Assembly (NCBI GenBank): GCA_046483985.1
Contig: JAWOCD010000124.1
Location: 1 to 46,342, forward strand
Source of the DNA: Promethearchaeia archaeon
Lineage (GTDB): Archaea; Asgardarchaeota; Lokiarchaeia; Sigyniarchaeales; SOKP01
Direction of reading: 5' to 3'
DNA length: 46,342 nucleotides
Shown here: piece by piece, positions 28,483-36,910 of the stretch
How the letters are laid out: every line of letters starts with the position of its first letter
Numbering within the stretch: the first letter of the stretch is position 1
The notes under the pieces: generated by a model
What the model was told of the DNA's origin: nothing
What the model saw: only the letters and a program-made list of their open reading frames with translations
Databases searched by the model: none
Translations under genes and position numbers: made by a program

Positions 28483-29916
28483 TTGAAAATAATGAACATA
28501 AAGAACCGAAATACACTAATATCTAAACGCTTAAAAAAATCAACACTTGAATTAAGAGAAATAGGATTAAATGCGTTAGAAAAGGCAATAGATGCCGTCA
28601 GGCCTAAAAATTTAATGAAAGATACCCTAAAAATTCAAGATTCAACACTATGGGTGGTTAACGATCAATATCCATTGGAGGATTTAGAAAACCTCTATAT
28701 TATTGGTGGTGGGAAAGCAACGGCTAATATGGCCCATTATATGGAGAAAGTTCTAAAAGAACATAATTATCAAAACTATAAGGGCGTTATCAATACTCAA
28801 GAAGGATTAAATACGGATCGCTCCTCTGTATCTTCTAAAATTAAAACAAATCCCGCGTCTCATCCGATCCCAGACGAAAAGGGGATGAAAGGGGTTAAAG
28901 AAATGATGTCCCTAATTACGGAATCTACCAAGAGTGATCTAATAATCTGTCTTATTTCAGGAGGGGGTTCTTCTCTGCTTCCTTTACCCGTAAACGGGAT
29001 TACATTGGATGATCTTAAAATAGTGAATTCTCTTCTCTTGGACTCTGGTGCATCCATTCACGAAATTAATGCTCTAAGGAAGCATATATCTTCAATAAAA
29101 GGCGGAAATCTTGCAAAATACATTTACCACGAGAGTGGAGCACAAGTAATCGCCCTCATTATTTCGGATGTTATCGGAAATGATTTGGACATCATTGCCT
29201 CGGGTCCAACCGTGCCAGATAATAACAAATTTAACGATGCATTGAATGTCTTAAAAAAATATAATCTGATACAAAAGATACCTCATTCGGTCCTCCAATT
29301 TGTAAAAAAAGGAACAGAAGATCCAGAAATGGAAACTCCAAAGGAGGGTGATAAATGTTTTCAAAATATTCATAATTACCTTATAGGAAGTGTCGAATCA
29401 AGTGTGAAAACCGTGAAACAATATTTAAATTCCATCTCTTTTGATGTAGAGTGTTTTTCTAGTGAGATCTCTGGTGAGGCGGAAGATTTTGGAAATCAAA
29501 TATACGAATTACTGCAGACAGCAGCTCAAAAAATTATGCCAAATAAGAACTCGGATAAAAAAGCGCTTATTGGGTCTGGGGAACTCACTGTGACGATAAA
29601 AGGAGATGGAATTGGTGGACGTAACCAAGAAATGCTCTTGAGCTTTGCAGATTACATTAAAGGAAAAAAACTTCCAGTCAACTTTCTTGTTATCGGAGCA
29701 AATTTAGATGGCATTGAAGGAAATTCTAAGGCAATGGGAGCACTTGTTGATAATCGAGTTATTCAAATGACTCGTCAATTAGATTTAAAAACTGATTTAC
29801 ATTTAAAGGAAAATGATTCGAATACATACTTCAAAAAAGTTAAAGCAGAAATTATCACGGGCCCCACGGGCTGCAATGTAAATGATCTTATTTTTATTAT
29901 TCTTAAAAAACCTTAA
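28483..29916 (+). CDS. Glycerate 2-kinase (MOFRL/DUF4147 family)
   Basis: GGGKA, HPIPD, LISGGGSSL, INALRKH.S.IKGG, ISDV.G..L..IASGPT, GGRNQE and TGPTGCNVND. Confidence 0.93.
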   Translation: MKIMNIKNRNTLISKRLKKSTLELREIGLNALEKAIDAVRPKNLMKDTLKIQDSTLWVVNDQYPLEDLENLYIIGGGKATANMAHYMEKVLKEHNYQNYKGVINTQEGLNTDRSSVSSKIKTNPASHPIPDEKGMKGVKEMMSLITESTKSDLIICLISGGGSSLLPLPVNGITLDDLKIVNSLLLDSGASIHEINALRKHISSIKGGNLAKYIYHESGAQVIALIISDVIGNDLDIIASGPTVPDNNKFNDALNVLKKYNLIQKIPHSVLQFVKKGTEDPEMETPKEGDKCFQNIHNYLIGSVESSVKTVKQYLNSISFDVECFSSEISGEAEDFGNQIYELLQTAAQKIMPNKNSDKKALIGSGELTVTIKGDGIGGRNQEMLLSFADYIKGKKLPVNFLVIGANLDGIEGNSKAMGALVDNRVIQMTRQLDLKTDLHLKENDSNTYFKKVKAEIITGPTGCNVNDLIFIILKKP

Positions 29917-30013
29917 AATGATCTCTCCTTATCTATAATTTTTTAATGATATTTTTAAAAAGAAAGATTGAATTTATATTTATATCATAATATAATTTAA
30001 TAAGTGAAATCTA

Positions 30014-32251
30014 ATGGGTTTATTTAGCAGAGATAAGGAAAAAAAGGAAAAACAGATGGGTTTTGATGAAAGCGAAGCCGAAGAAGCGGAAAAAGCGGAA
30101 GAGGTTTTAGGTACGGAAATGGAAGAAGAAGAGGTATCAATCCAAGATCCAGATCTATCAACTACCGAAATTGAAACTGTAGACGCAGATACTGGTAAAG
30201 TGGAAGGGGAAATTGTGTTGAAAGATGGAGAGAGTACTGGAGAGAGAATACTAGTAAACTTTATTGAAGATGTGAACGTAAAACAAGATCATGCATTAGA
30301 AGATGTCGCAGTTTCTTTTGACGGCGAATTAGAAGTTAAAAACCCCAGTAAGGTTAGCAGAGTTTGGGATATTGATCTCACTTTAGAAAATACGGATAAA
30401 ACGGATATAGGAGAAGAAGAAATCGATATTAGAGAACTCGGAACTAGCGAAGACGATAATTCTTGGTCAAAACAATTCAAACTGTCAGGAGAAGCAAAAA
30501 ATCTTTTACTGGTAAAAGAATATATTAGCACCCTTCCCAGGGAAGAAGCTGATAATGTTCTTAATCCAACGGATATTGATAATGATTTGGATAAATTTCA
30601 AGAAAAAGAAGTTGAGCAAGTTGAAGGAGATTTTGAAGAAGAGGAGATCGAAGAAGAAGATAGGGAACTTGAAAAGGAAAAGGAAGACTTAGAAAATGGG
30701 GCAGAAGATACAGGTGACGAAGAAGAATTACCTGATGGGGGCGCAGAAGTTGCAGAATATAGTTTAGAATCTTTTGCCGTTCCAAAAGACGCAGAAAAAA
30801 CTATTACATTCGTTATTGCTATGAAAAATTTATTCGATACACCTCTTCAGAATATTGAAGTTACCAAACAAATTACAGATCAATTTCAGAATATCTCGAT
30901 TTTAGATGTCCCCGTGGGCATGGCAGATGAAAATGGTGAACTAATCACCTGGTCAATTGAAGAACTTGAACCGGATAAAACAGTGATGCTAAAATTCACG
31001 GCAGATATCTTAACAAGTTATATTGATTCAATTAACACGGGAAAGATTGAAGTTACCTATGAGGGAATATCTTCCTTCGCTGAAGGATTGAAAGTGGATA
31101 AATTTGATGCATATACAAGAAATAAATTCTATGTAGAAACACTGGAGCGAGATGAGGAACCGGGCGTCTGGGATTGTCAATTAACCTTTGAAAACACTTC
31201 AGACTTTATAGTACAGCTCCTCAACGCTGATGTCTATGATCCGGAAAATATGTCAGAGAAACTAGTAGATATTGATCCCCACGATGTTCAACCTTTACCA
31301 AGAGGTGCTCATTGGACTTCTAAAGGATGGACATACGAAAGTCAAAAGTATCCGTCATTTAAGAGAATATTGGAATTCCGAGTTATGCCAGATTTTGAAA
31401 CTTTTGTAAACGGAGCATTATCAATAGATGACACGAAATTAGAAATTGCAAGTATTAAGGGGAGAGTATTGTATAGTTTGGATGAATTAGCAGATGCAAC
31501 GGAAGAGGAGGAGGCAGAGTATCTTCTTTCTGTTCCTACATTTGAGGAAAAAGATATTTATGCCTCTTTAAAGATAATAAATGATGGTTCGGCTCCTTTA
31601 AATGAGATTAAAGTTACTCAAAATAATTTCTCAGAAGTTTTTAAAGCTCCTGACCCAAGTAAAGATGAGATACGTCTTTTTTGGGATGGAGATGAGATAC
31701 AAGTTGAAGAAGATGCTATTGCCATTGAAGGGAATACTCTTCAGTTCACCCTAGAAGATTTAAAGGACAGCGACATGGGAATGTTTGAATCTGATTCGGA
31801 ATTAGAATTGCAATATCCAATCCATTGCAGTAAACCAAAACGAGATGATAGATTTGCATCCGATATTATGTTTACTGGAAATACCTATCCAGTGAGTGAG
31901 ACATTAGAATATATACCGGACGTTCCCGAAGTTGAAGCTGTTCACCTTCGCAGAAAATTCAGAATTGGAAAAGAAGTTATTCCAGTCGGAAAACTCGGAA
32001 AATATCGCATCGAACTTACAGCTGAGAACAGAGGTAACATGGCGCTTTCGGGTTTAGTCTTAATGGATAAGGTTCCTGACAGTTTTGAATATACAAACGA
32101 ATCTGAAGAACCGGAAATTGTGGATGAAGTGGAAGGTGATATACTTAAATGGCCTCTCGACTCATTAGAGGAAGGTGAAACTGTTCGTATCACCTATGAA
32201 ATAATAGGAAGTAAAGATTATCACCCAAGCGATGCCCAAATAGGATTATAA
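30014..32251 (+). CDS. Highly acidic multi-beta-sandwich protein (mu-homology-like N-terminal domain; DUF11/Ig-like repeats), no signal peptide
   Basis: ILVNFIEDVNV...FDGELEVKN resembles the first strands of a mu-homology domain. Repeated ITF.I..KN....L.N..V...I...F...I.W.I..LEP.....L.F/Y pattern. Long D/E tracts. Confidence 0.65.
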   Translation: MGLFSRDKEKKEKQMGFDESEAEEAEKAEEVLGTEMEEEEVSIQDPDLSTTEIETVDADTGKVEGEIVLKDGESTGERILVNFIEDVNVKQDHALEDVAVSFDGELEVKNPSKVSRVWDIDLTLENTDKTDIGEEEIDIRELGTSEDDNSWSKQFKLSGEAKNLLLVKEYISTLPREEADNVLNPTDIDNDLDKFQEKEVEQVEGDFEEEEIEEEDRELEKEKEDLENGAEDTGDEEELPDGGAEVAEYSLESFAVPKDAEKTITFVIAMKNLFDTPLQNIEVTKQITDQFQNISILDVPVGMADENGELITWSIEELEPDKTVMLKFTADILTSYIDSINTGKIEVTYEGISSFAEGLKVDKFDAYTRNKFYVETLERDEEPGVWDCQLTFENTSDFIVQLLNADVYDPENMSEKLVDIDPHDVQPLPRGAHWTSKGWTYESQKYPSFKRILEFRVMPDFETFVNGALSIDDTKLEIASIKGRVLYSLDELADATEEEEAEYLLSVPTFEEKDIYASLKIINDGSAPLNEIKVTQNNFSEVFKAPDPSKDEIRLFWDGDEIQVEEDAIAIEGNTLQFTLEDLKDSDMGMFESDSELELQYPIHCSKPKRDDRFASDIMFTGNTYPVSETLEYIPDVPEVEAVHLRRKFRIGKEVIPVGKLGKYRIELTAENRGNMALSGLVLMDKVPDSFEYTNESEEPEIVDEVEGDILKWPLDSLEEGETVRITYEIIGSKDYHPSDAQIGL

Positions 32252-32311
32252 TTTTATATTTATTTCTATTTTTTTATTTATTCTTTTTTGTTGTTATAAG
32301 TAATATGTTTT

Positions 32312-32819
32312 TGTCAAGTCTATCAGTAATGAATAATTATTAGGATTTAGAGATTTGTTTCTTTAATTAGTAGACCGTCGAGGGATACCAATATCCTAAA
32401 TGGTGCTAAACCATCGTTTGATTTTTTTCATCTCCAGATGATAATGAGTGGTGGAGATCGGTTTTCTGCCTAAACGCTCCGGTAATCGCGAATATGTCGA
32501 GCCTAACTCTCCGATCAAATTCCGAGATTGTGTCCCATTGTCGCTCAAAGTTTCGTTTGGGTGTTTATATTTCATCACCACGTCTCTGATTATTTTAATG
32601 ACGTTGATTCCTTTCTGGTCCTTGAAATATTGTGCTACCACGACAAATCGGGAATTATCATCAATTATAATTTCATTACTGATCTATAGAACAGTTGTCA
32701 AAAATCCGGCGATGAAAAGATTCCGAAAAAGAGAGAATTTACTGATATTTTTTATACCAGTAATGATTTAAGTGTCATGCCATTACTGATTTTGCGACAT
32801 TTTTTAATTACTGATCACA
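32312..32819 (-). mobile_element. Internally deleted IS481-like element with multiple TGT...ATCAGTAATG ends
   Basis: Left end TGTCAAGTCTATCAGTAATGAA (32312). Inverted counterpart TTCATTACTGATCTATAGAACA ends at 32693. Further TTACTGAT copies run to 32819. The element encloses a degenerate transposase fragment. Confidence 0.7.
32396..32660 (-). pseudogene. Degenerate IS481-like transposase core fragment
   Basis: DDNSRFVVVAQYFKDQKGINVIKIIRD...SDNGTQ is near-identical to DDRSRFVVAAEYFKDQKGANVIKIIRD...ADNGTQ in the copy at 1-490. Confidence 0.85.
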
Positions 32820-32934
32820 TCTTTTTAATATTTCCAATAATAAAATTTAATATTCTCATCACTATTTTATTAGTATAAATATCGGATCAGAAAGTTTTAT
32901 CTCTGATTTAATTATAAATTTATATCACAGACAT

Positions 32935-34674
32935 ATGCTTAAAAAAAGCTTTCAAGAAAACTGGAAAGTTGAAATTCCCACCGCGGTTCTTACATGCACT
33001 ATATTAAAGTGCAGAAATAAGGAATACATTGTATTTGGTGGGCATGATAGATATCTATATTTTGGAGAGCTTAAAAATGAAGACTTGATGATATCAGACG
33101 ATATAGAATTTGACGGATGGATTCGCTGCATTTATCCCATTGATATCAATAATGATGGCTGTCAAGAATTATTAGTAGGGTCTGGAGATGGAAGTTTTTT
33201 AGTCTTTCAATTTGATCCAGAGAAACACAAACTTCAAGGAATAATGAGATATCAAGCAAAGGGAAAAATTACTTGCTGTATCGCGGGGGATATCTACAGA
33301 AATGGGAATATAGAACTGATATTCGGAAGTGAAGATAAAGCCCTTAGAATCTTTGATGGTCTAGATTCAGAAAAGCCGCGAGAAACCTTATATTACGATT
33401 CATGGATAACGGTATGCACTTTAGGATATATCCAGAGGCCAAAAGACCGAAAGGCACTTTATTCATTAATAGTTGGAAATAAAAACGGAATAATCCAAGC
33501 GATAACCATTGAAAAAGAAATGCCGAATATAATTTGGCAAAAAAATGTCTCGTCTCAGATTAATGCCGTTCAAATCGGAGATGTTACTAATGATGGTATG
33601 AATGACATCTTACTGGCTACGAATGATGGAACTTTGAAAATATTAGATGCCGAAGCTAATTTGATAAATGAAATAGAACTTCCTAAATCTCGTGCTGTTA
33701 GTCTCTTAATTAATGATATTGATGCTGATAATATAAATGAAATTTTAGTTGGATGTGCTGATGGAGATTTTATGGTTTATCAAAATAAGAATCCTAATTC
33801 CATTAATTTTGAGATCAAATGGAATAAAAAAGTCAAAGCTTCCATCAAAGATATAACTTGCTCTTTAGACAAACGGAATGACCAAATGAATTTAGTTTTT
33901 GGAGGATATGAACGAACCTTGAGATGCCTTTCAGATATGGATTATAAGCAACTTCCTAACGTTGAATTTCCGGATAAAATGAAACTTCCTAAAAAACCCA
34001 AAAGAGATGAAGAGACACCAAGGAAGATTAAATTTGAAAAAGTGCACACCAATATGCGGGAATATCTTATTGATATTTTTGAGGAATATGATGTCTTTCT
34101 ATCTCTTGATGGTTTAAAAGAGGAATTAGAGAAGTTAGGTTATTCCCCATCACAGATTTCGGAAAACTTGGACAGATTGAAAGAGCAGAATGTCATCAAA
34201 TATGAAAAACTCAAAATACCTGTTTGGACTTATGCTGGAGGACCAGAACAAACCCAACGAATTGAGGAAGAATCAGTAACAAAACCCGAAGTGTCAAGAA
34301 AAAAATCTGAATCTGGTAAAGATTTAAAATCTACAAAAGAAATGACCGCAGAGCCTTTAAGGACGGAGAAAGAAGAAAAGAAAGAATCTAAAAAAACCGA
34401 AAGAGCTGAAAAGAGTAAGGTGCCAGCAGACCCTAATAAAAAATCAAAGAAATTGAAGGAAGCAATTCCCGACGAAAAAAGTAATATCCAAGATGTTATA
34501 TTAACTTATTTGAGGAAAGAAGGACCCGTTTCGAGTAAGGACGTTCTAATTGAGGAAATAGAAGCAATGGGTCATTCGGAGGATGATATTGGGGTCCATA
34601 TAGATAAACTGAATGATACTGATAAAATAAATTATTTCCGAACTAAACCTCGAGGATGGAATATTGTAGAATGA
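32935..34674 (+). CDS. FG-GAP/WD40 beta-propeller protein with two C-terminal winged-helix domains
   Basis: Repeats DINNDGCQELLVGSGDG, GDIYRNGNIELIFGSED, GDVTNDGMNDILLAT and DIDADNINEILVGCADG. Two similar about 60-aa modules end ...L.....I.Y....P.W and are separated by a K/E-rich linker. Confidence 0.8.
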   Translation: MLKKSFQENWKVEIPTAVLTCTILKCRNKEYIVFGGHDRYLYFGELKNEDLMISDDIEFDGWIRCIYPIDINNDGCQELLVGSGDGSFLVFQFDPEKHKLQGIMRYQAKGKITCCIAGDIYRNGNIELIFGSEDKALRIFDGLDSEKPRETLYYDSWITVCTLGYIQRPKDRKALYSLIVGNKNGIIQAITIEKEMPNIIWQKNVSSQINAVQIGDVTNDGMNDILLATNDGTLKILDAEANLINEIELPKSRAVSLLINDIDADNINEILVGCADGDFMVYQNKNPNSINFEIKWNKKVKASIKDITCSLDKRNDQMNLVFGGYERTLRCLSDMDYKQLPNVEFPDKMKLPKKPKRDEETPRKIKFEKVHTNMREYLIDIFEEYDVFLSLDGLKEELEKLGYSPSQISENLDRLKEQNVIKYEKLKIPVWTYAGGPEQTQRIEEESVTKPEVSRKKSESGKDLKSTKEMTAEPLRTEKEEKKESKKTERAEKSKVPADPNKKSKKLKEAIPDEKSNIQDVILTYLRKEGPVSSKDVLIEEIEAMGHSEDDIGVHIDKLNDTDKINYFRTKPRGWNIVE

Positions 34675-34740
34675 AAAATTATTCAAAATAATCAAAAATC
34701 TCTTTCTTAAATGGTTGAAAAATAAGAAATCATTTATACA

Positions 34741-35190
34741 TCAAACAAAATGACCTATTGCATCGTATTTAAAACTTTGAAATTGGTCTAACTCAGTAAA
34801 ATCTGCTCCATTATATTTTTCTAAGAATTTCTCTAAAACCGTCTCAGCTTTCTCTAAAAAATCTTCTACTAACTTCTCAGTGTACTTCTGCTTTTCCCTG
34901 TTTACAAGTCCGTAAAATATAATATCTTCTTTGCTTTTACTATCCGAGGGCTCGGCAGAGGCGTATTTAAAGATGAATAAGATATCCCCGGATTCGAGAT
35001 ATTCAAGATTGGAGTCTTTTGAAAAACATTTTTGAGCAAATTTATTCATAGCCTCTATAAAGGCACCTCTTAAGGTTTTTTTCGAGCTTTTTTCTTTATA
35101 TTTATCTAATTTTTCAAAAGAATGTTTGAATAAAATAAACCCGCGAAAAATAACTCCAATCTCAATTATATTTTCCTTTAACTTTACCAT
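34741..35190 (-). CDS. Stand-alone longin-like domain protein
   Basis: beta-beta-alpha-beta-beta-beta-alpha-alpha pattern: EIGVIFRGFILF, LRGAFIEAMNKFA, LEYLESGDILFIF, IIFYGLV, VLEKFLEKY, F..F. ATG 35190 follows GAGGTG. Confidence 0.7.
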   Translation of the reverse strand: MVKLKENIIEIGVIFRGFILFKHSFEKLDKYKEKSSKKTLRGAFIEAMNKFAQKCFSKDSNLEYLESGDILFIFKYASAEPSDSKSKEDIIFYGLVNREKQKYTEKLVEDFLEKAETVLEKFLEKYNGADFTELDQFQSFKYDAIGHFV

Positions 35191-35446
35191 TGTAACCCGC
35201 ACCTCTATTATTTTCTACTTATAAATTCTTTTAATTCAATAAAAATCTTGCTTGTAATTTAAATATATTCTTCCCTTCTTAAATTTTCACTCTTTCCTAA
35301 TTTTGCGTTTAAATCACTAAAAGTCCTAAAATTCTCTTAAATCAGAGAACATAGACTATAAGGTTTCTCTTCCGAGATATTATAAAAATTACAAAACAAA
35401 CCCGATCTTACCAAAACTCTTAATCCGTAGAAATGATTATTATCGA

Positions 35447-35791
35447 ATGGATAAAGACTATATCTATATATCTTACTCTAAGGACTTGAAAGAAAACTAT
35501 GCCATAACAAGATTACTGAAAATAGAATATAATGGAATGAGAAAATGGAATGGTAAGCAGAGTCAAATGGAAATTAAATATATTCCATTTATAAAGAAGT
35601 TTTATGCTTATCAAACAGAGAAAATAGAGCCAAGAACTTTTGCTACAGAAGAGAGAACTATATGCTCTATAGACTTAGCCATTAAACGATATATTAAATC
35701 CTATATTAAAGACTCTAAAGACTTTTGCTTAATCTATGACTCAAGACATATTTTTTTAAGATTATGGAAATATTACCAAAAAAAAAAATAG
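35447..35791 (+). CDS. Hypothetical protein (Y/K/I-rich)
   Basis: 114-aa ORF; no family recognised. Confidence 0.5.
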   Translation: MDKDYIYISYSKDLKENYAITRLLKIEYNGMRKWNGKQSQMEIKYIPFIKKFYAYQTEKIEPRTFATEERTICSIDLAIKRYIKSYIKDSKDFCLIYDSRHIFLRLWKYYQKKK

Positions 35792-35832
35792 CATATCAAA
35801 TTAAAATACCATTAATTTTTATTATAACTAGA

Positions 35833-36030
35833 ATGGGTAAGACATGTAAATATTATTTTTGTTGTCCGATCCGCTACTACTATAAAAAGGGTAAATTAGA
35901 TAGAAAATGGGTAGAAGAATACTGTTTAGTGGGAAATAAGGACTGTGTCCGATACCAAATGGAAGAGCGGGGGAAACCACATCCAAGTAATATGTTACCT
36001 AATGGAGAGATACGAGAGAATTTAAAATGA
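35833..36030 (+). CDS. Small Cys-rich putative metal-binding protein, 65 aa
   Basis: MGKTCKYYFCCP...W..EYC.....C.RY...E.G..HP.NMLP.G pattern. ATG 35833 is preferred over 35764, which overlaps the upstream ORF. Confidence 0.7.
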   Translation: MGKTCKYYFCCPIRYYYKKGKLDRKWVEEYCLVGNKDCVRYQMEERGKPHPSNMLPNGEIRENLK

Positions 36031-36708
36031 AAATTTGTTACCAACACACACCTTTTTATAAAGATCTGGAAATCTGTTTTTAATTTTGCCTTTATACTGA
36101 GTACAATGGCATGCGCCTATAAAATTTATCCCGTTGAGAAAAGAAAACTTTCGAAATCCATGAAATCCTCCAATCACAGCCTCTACTTCACCTAATTCCT
36201 TTCCTTTTAAAATAAACTTTTCCAATCCTGGATGAGTACATCCCACTACGATAATTATTTTACCTTCTCTGGTTTTGGAAAAGAGTGCTTGCTCTTTTAA
36301 TAAAGAGCCAAATGTTCCGGATGTATAGATATTCTCCTCGATTTCTTTTAAGTTATTATTAGTAAAAATTTTCGCTTTTGGATAGTTTCTTTCATAAGAG
36401 CTTTTGCTTTTGCTCACATAAATTTGTATATTGGGATTAATTTGATATACTTTATCTAAACCCCCAGCATGGTCATGGTGATTATGAGAAATAATTACTT
36501 TCTTGATCTCAGAGATATTTATATTAAATTTTCTGAGATTATAGACAAGGGTAGGTCCGTTACCGCCCGTATCAAAAAGAATAAAATTCTTGCTAAAATG
36601 ATTATAAATTAAAGCAGAAAACCCAAATCCCTTTTTAAAACCCTTTTCAACACATTGATTATCAAAGACAATAAAAACATCAAAATTTCCTTTTGAATTA
36701 TTATTCAT
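36022..36708 (-). CDS. Metallo-beta-lactamase-fold hydrolase
   Basis: ILFDTG, SHNHHDHAGG, VGCTHPG, IGGFH and CHCT. Confidence 0.9.
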   Translation of the reverse strand: MNNNSKGNFDVFIVFDNQCVEKGFKKGFGFSALIYNHFSKNFILFDTGGNGPTLVYNLRKFNINISEIKKVIISHNHHDHAGGLDKVYQINPNIQIYVSKSKSSYERNYPKAKIFTNNNLKEIEENIYTSGTFGSLLKEQALFSKTREGKIIIVVGCTHPGLEKFILKGKELGEVEAVIGGFHGFRKFSFLNGINFIGACHCTQYKGKIKNRFPDLYKKVCVGNKFSF

Positions 36709-36910
36709 AATTCTCTATTCTAAAATTATTATTGATTCAAATTTAAACTTTCTATTTTTAACGATTTTCTATTTCTAACCGAGGAAAAGTGTGAAAATTG
36801 AAACATTACAAATTGCAATATCTATGCTCGGTTTATGAGTTAAAGTTCGATCTTATTAACTTACAAACTTAAATAATAAAGAATAAAAATTAACAAATTA
36901 AACAATTAAT

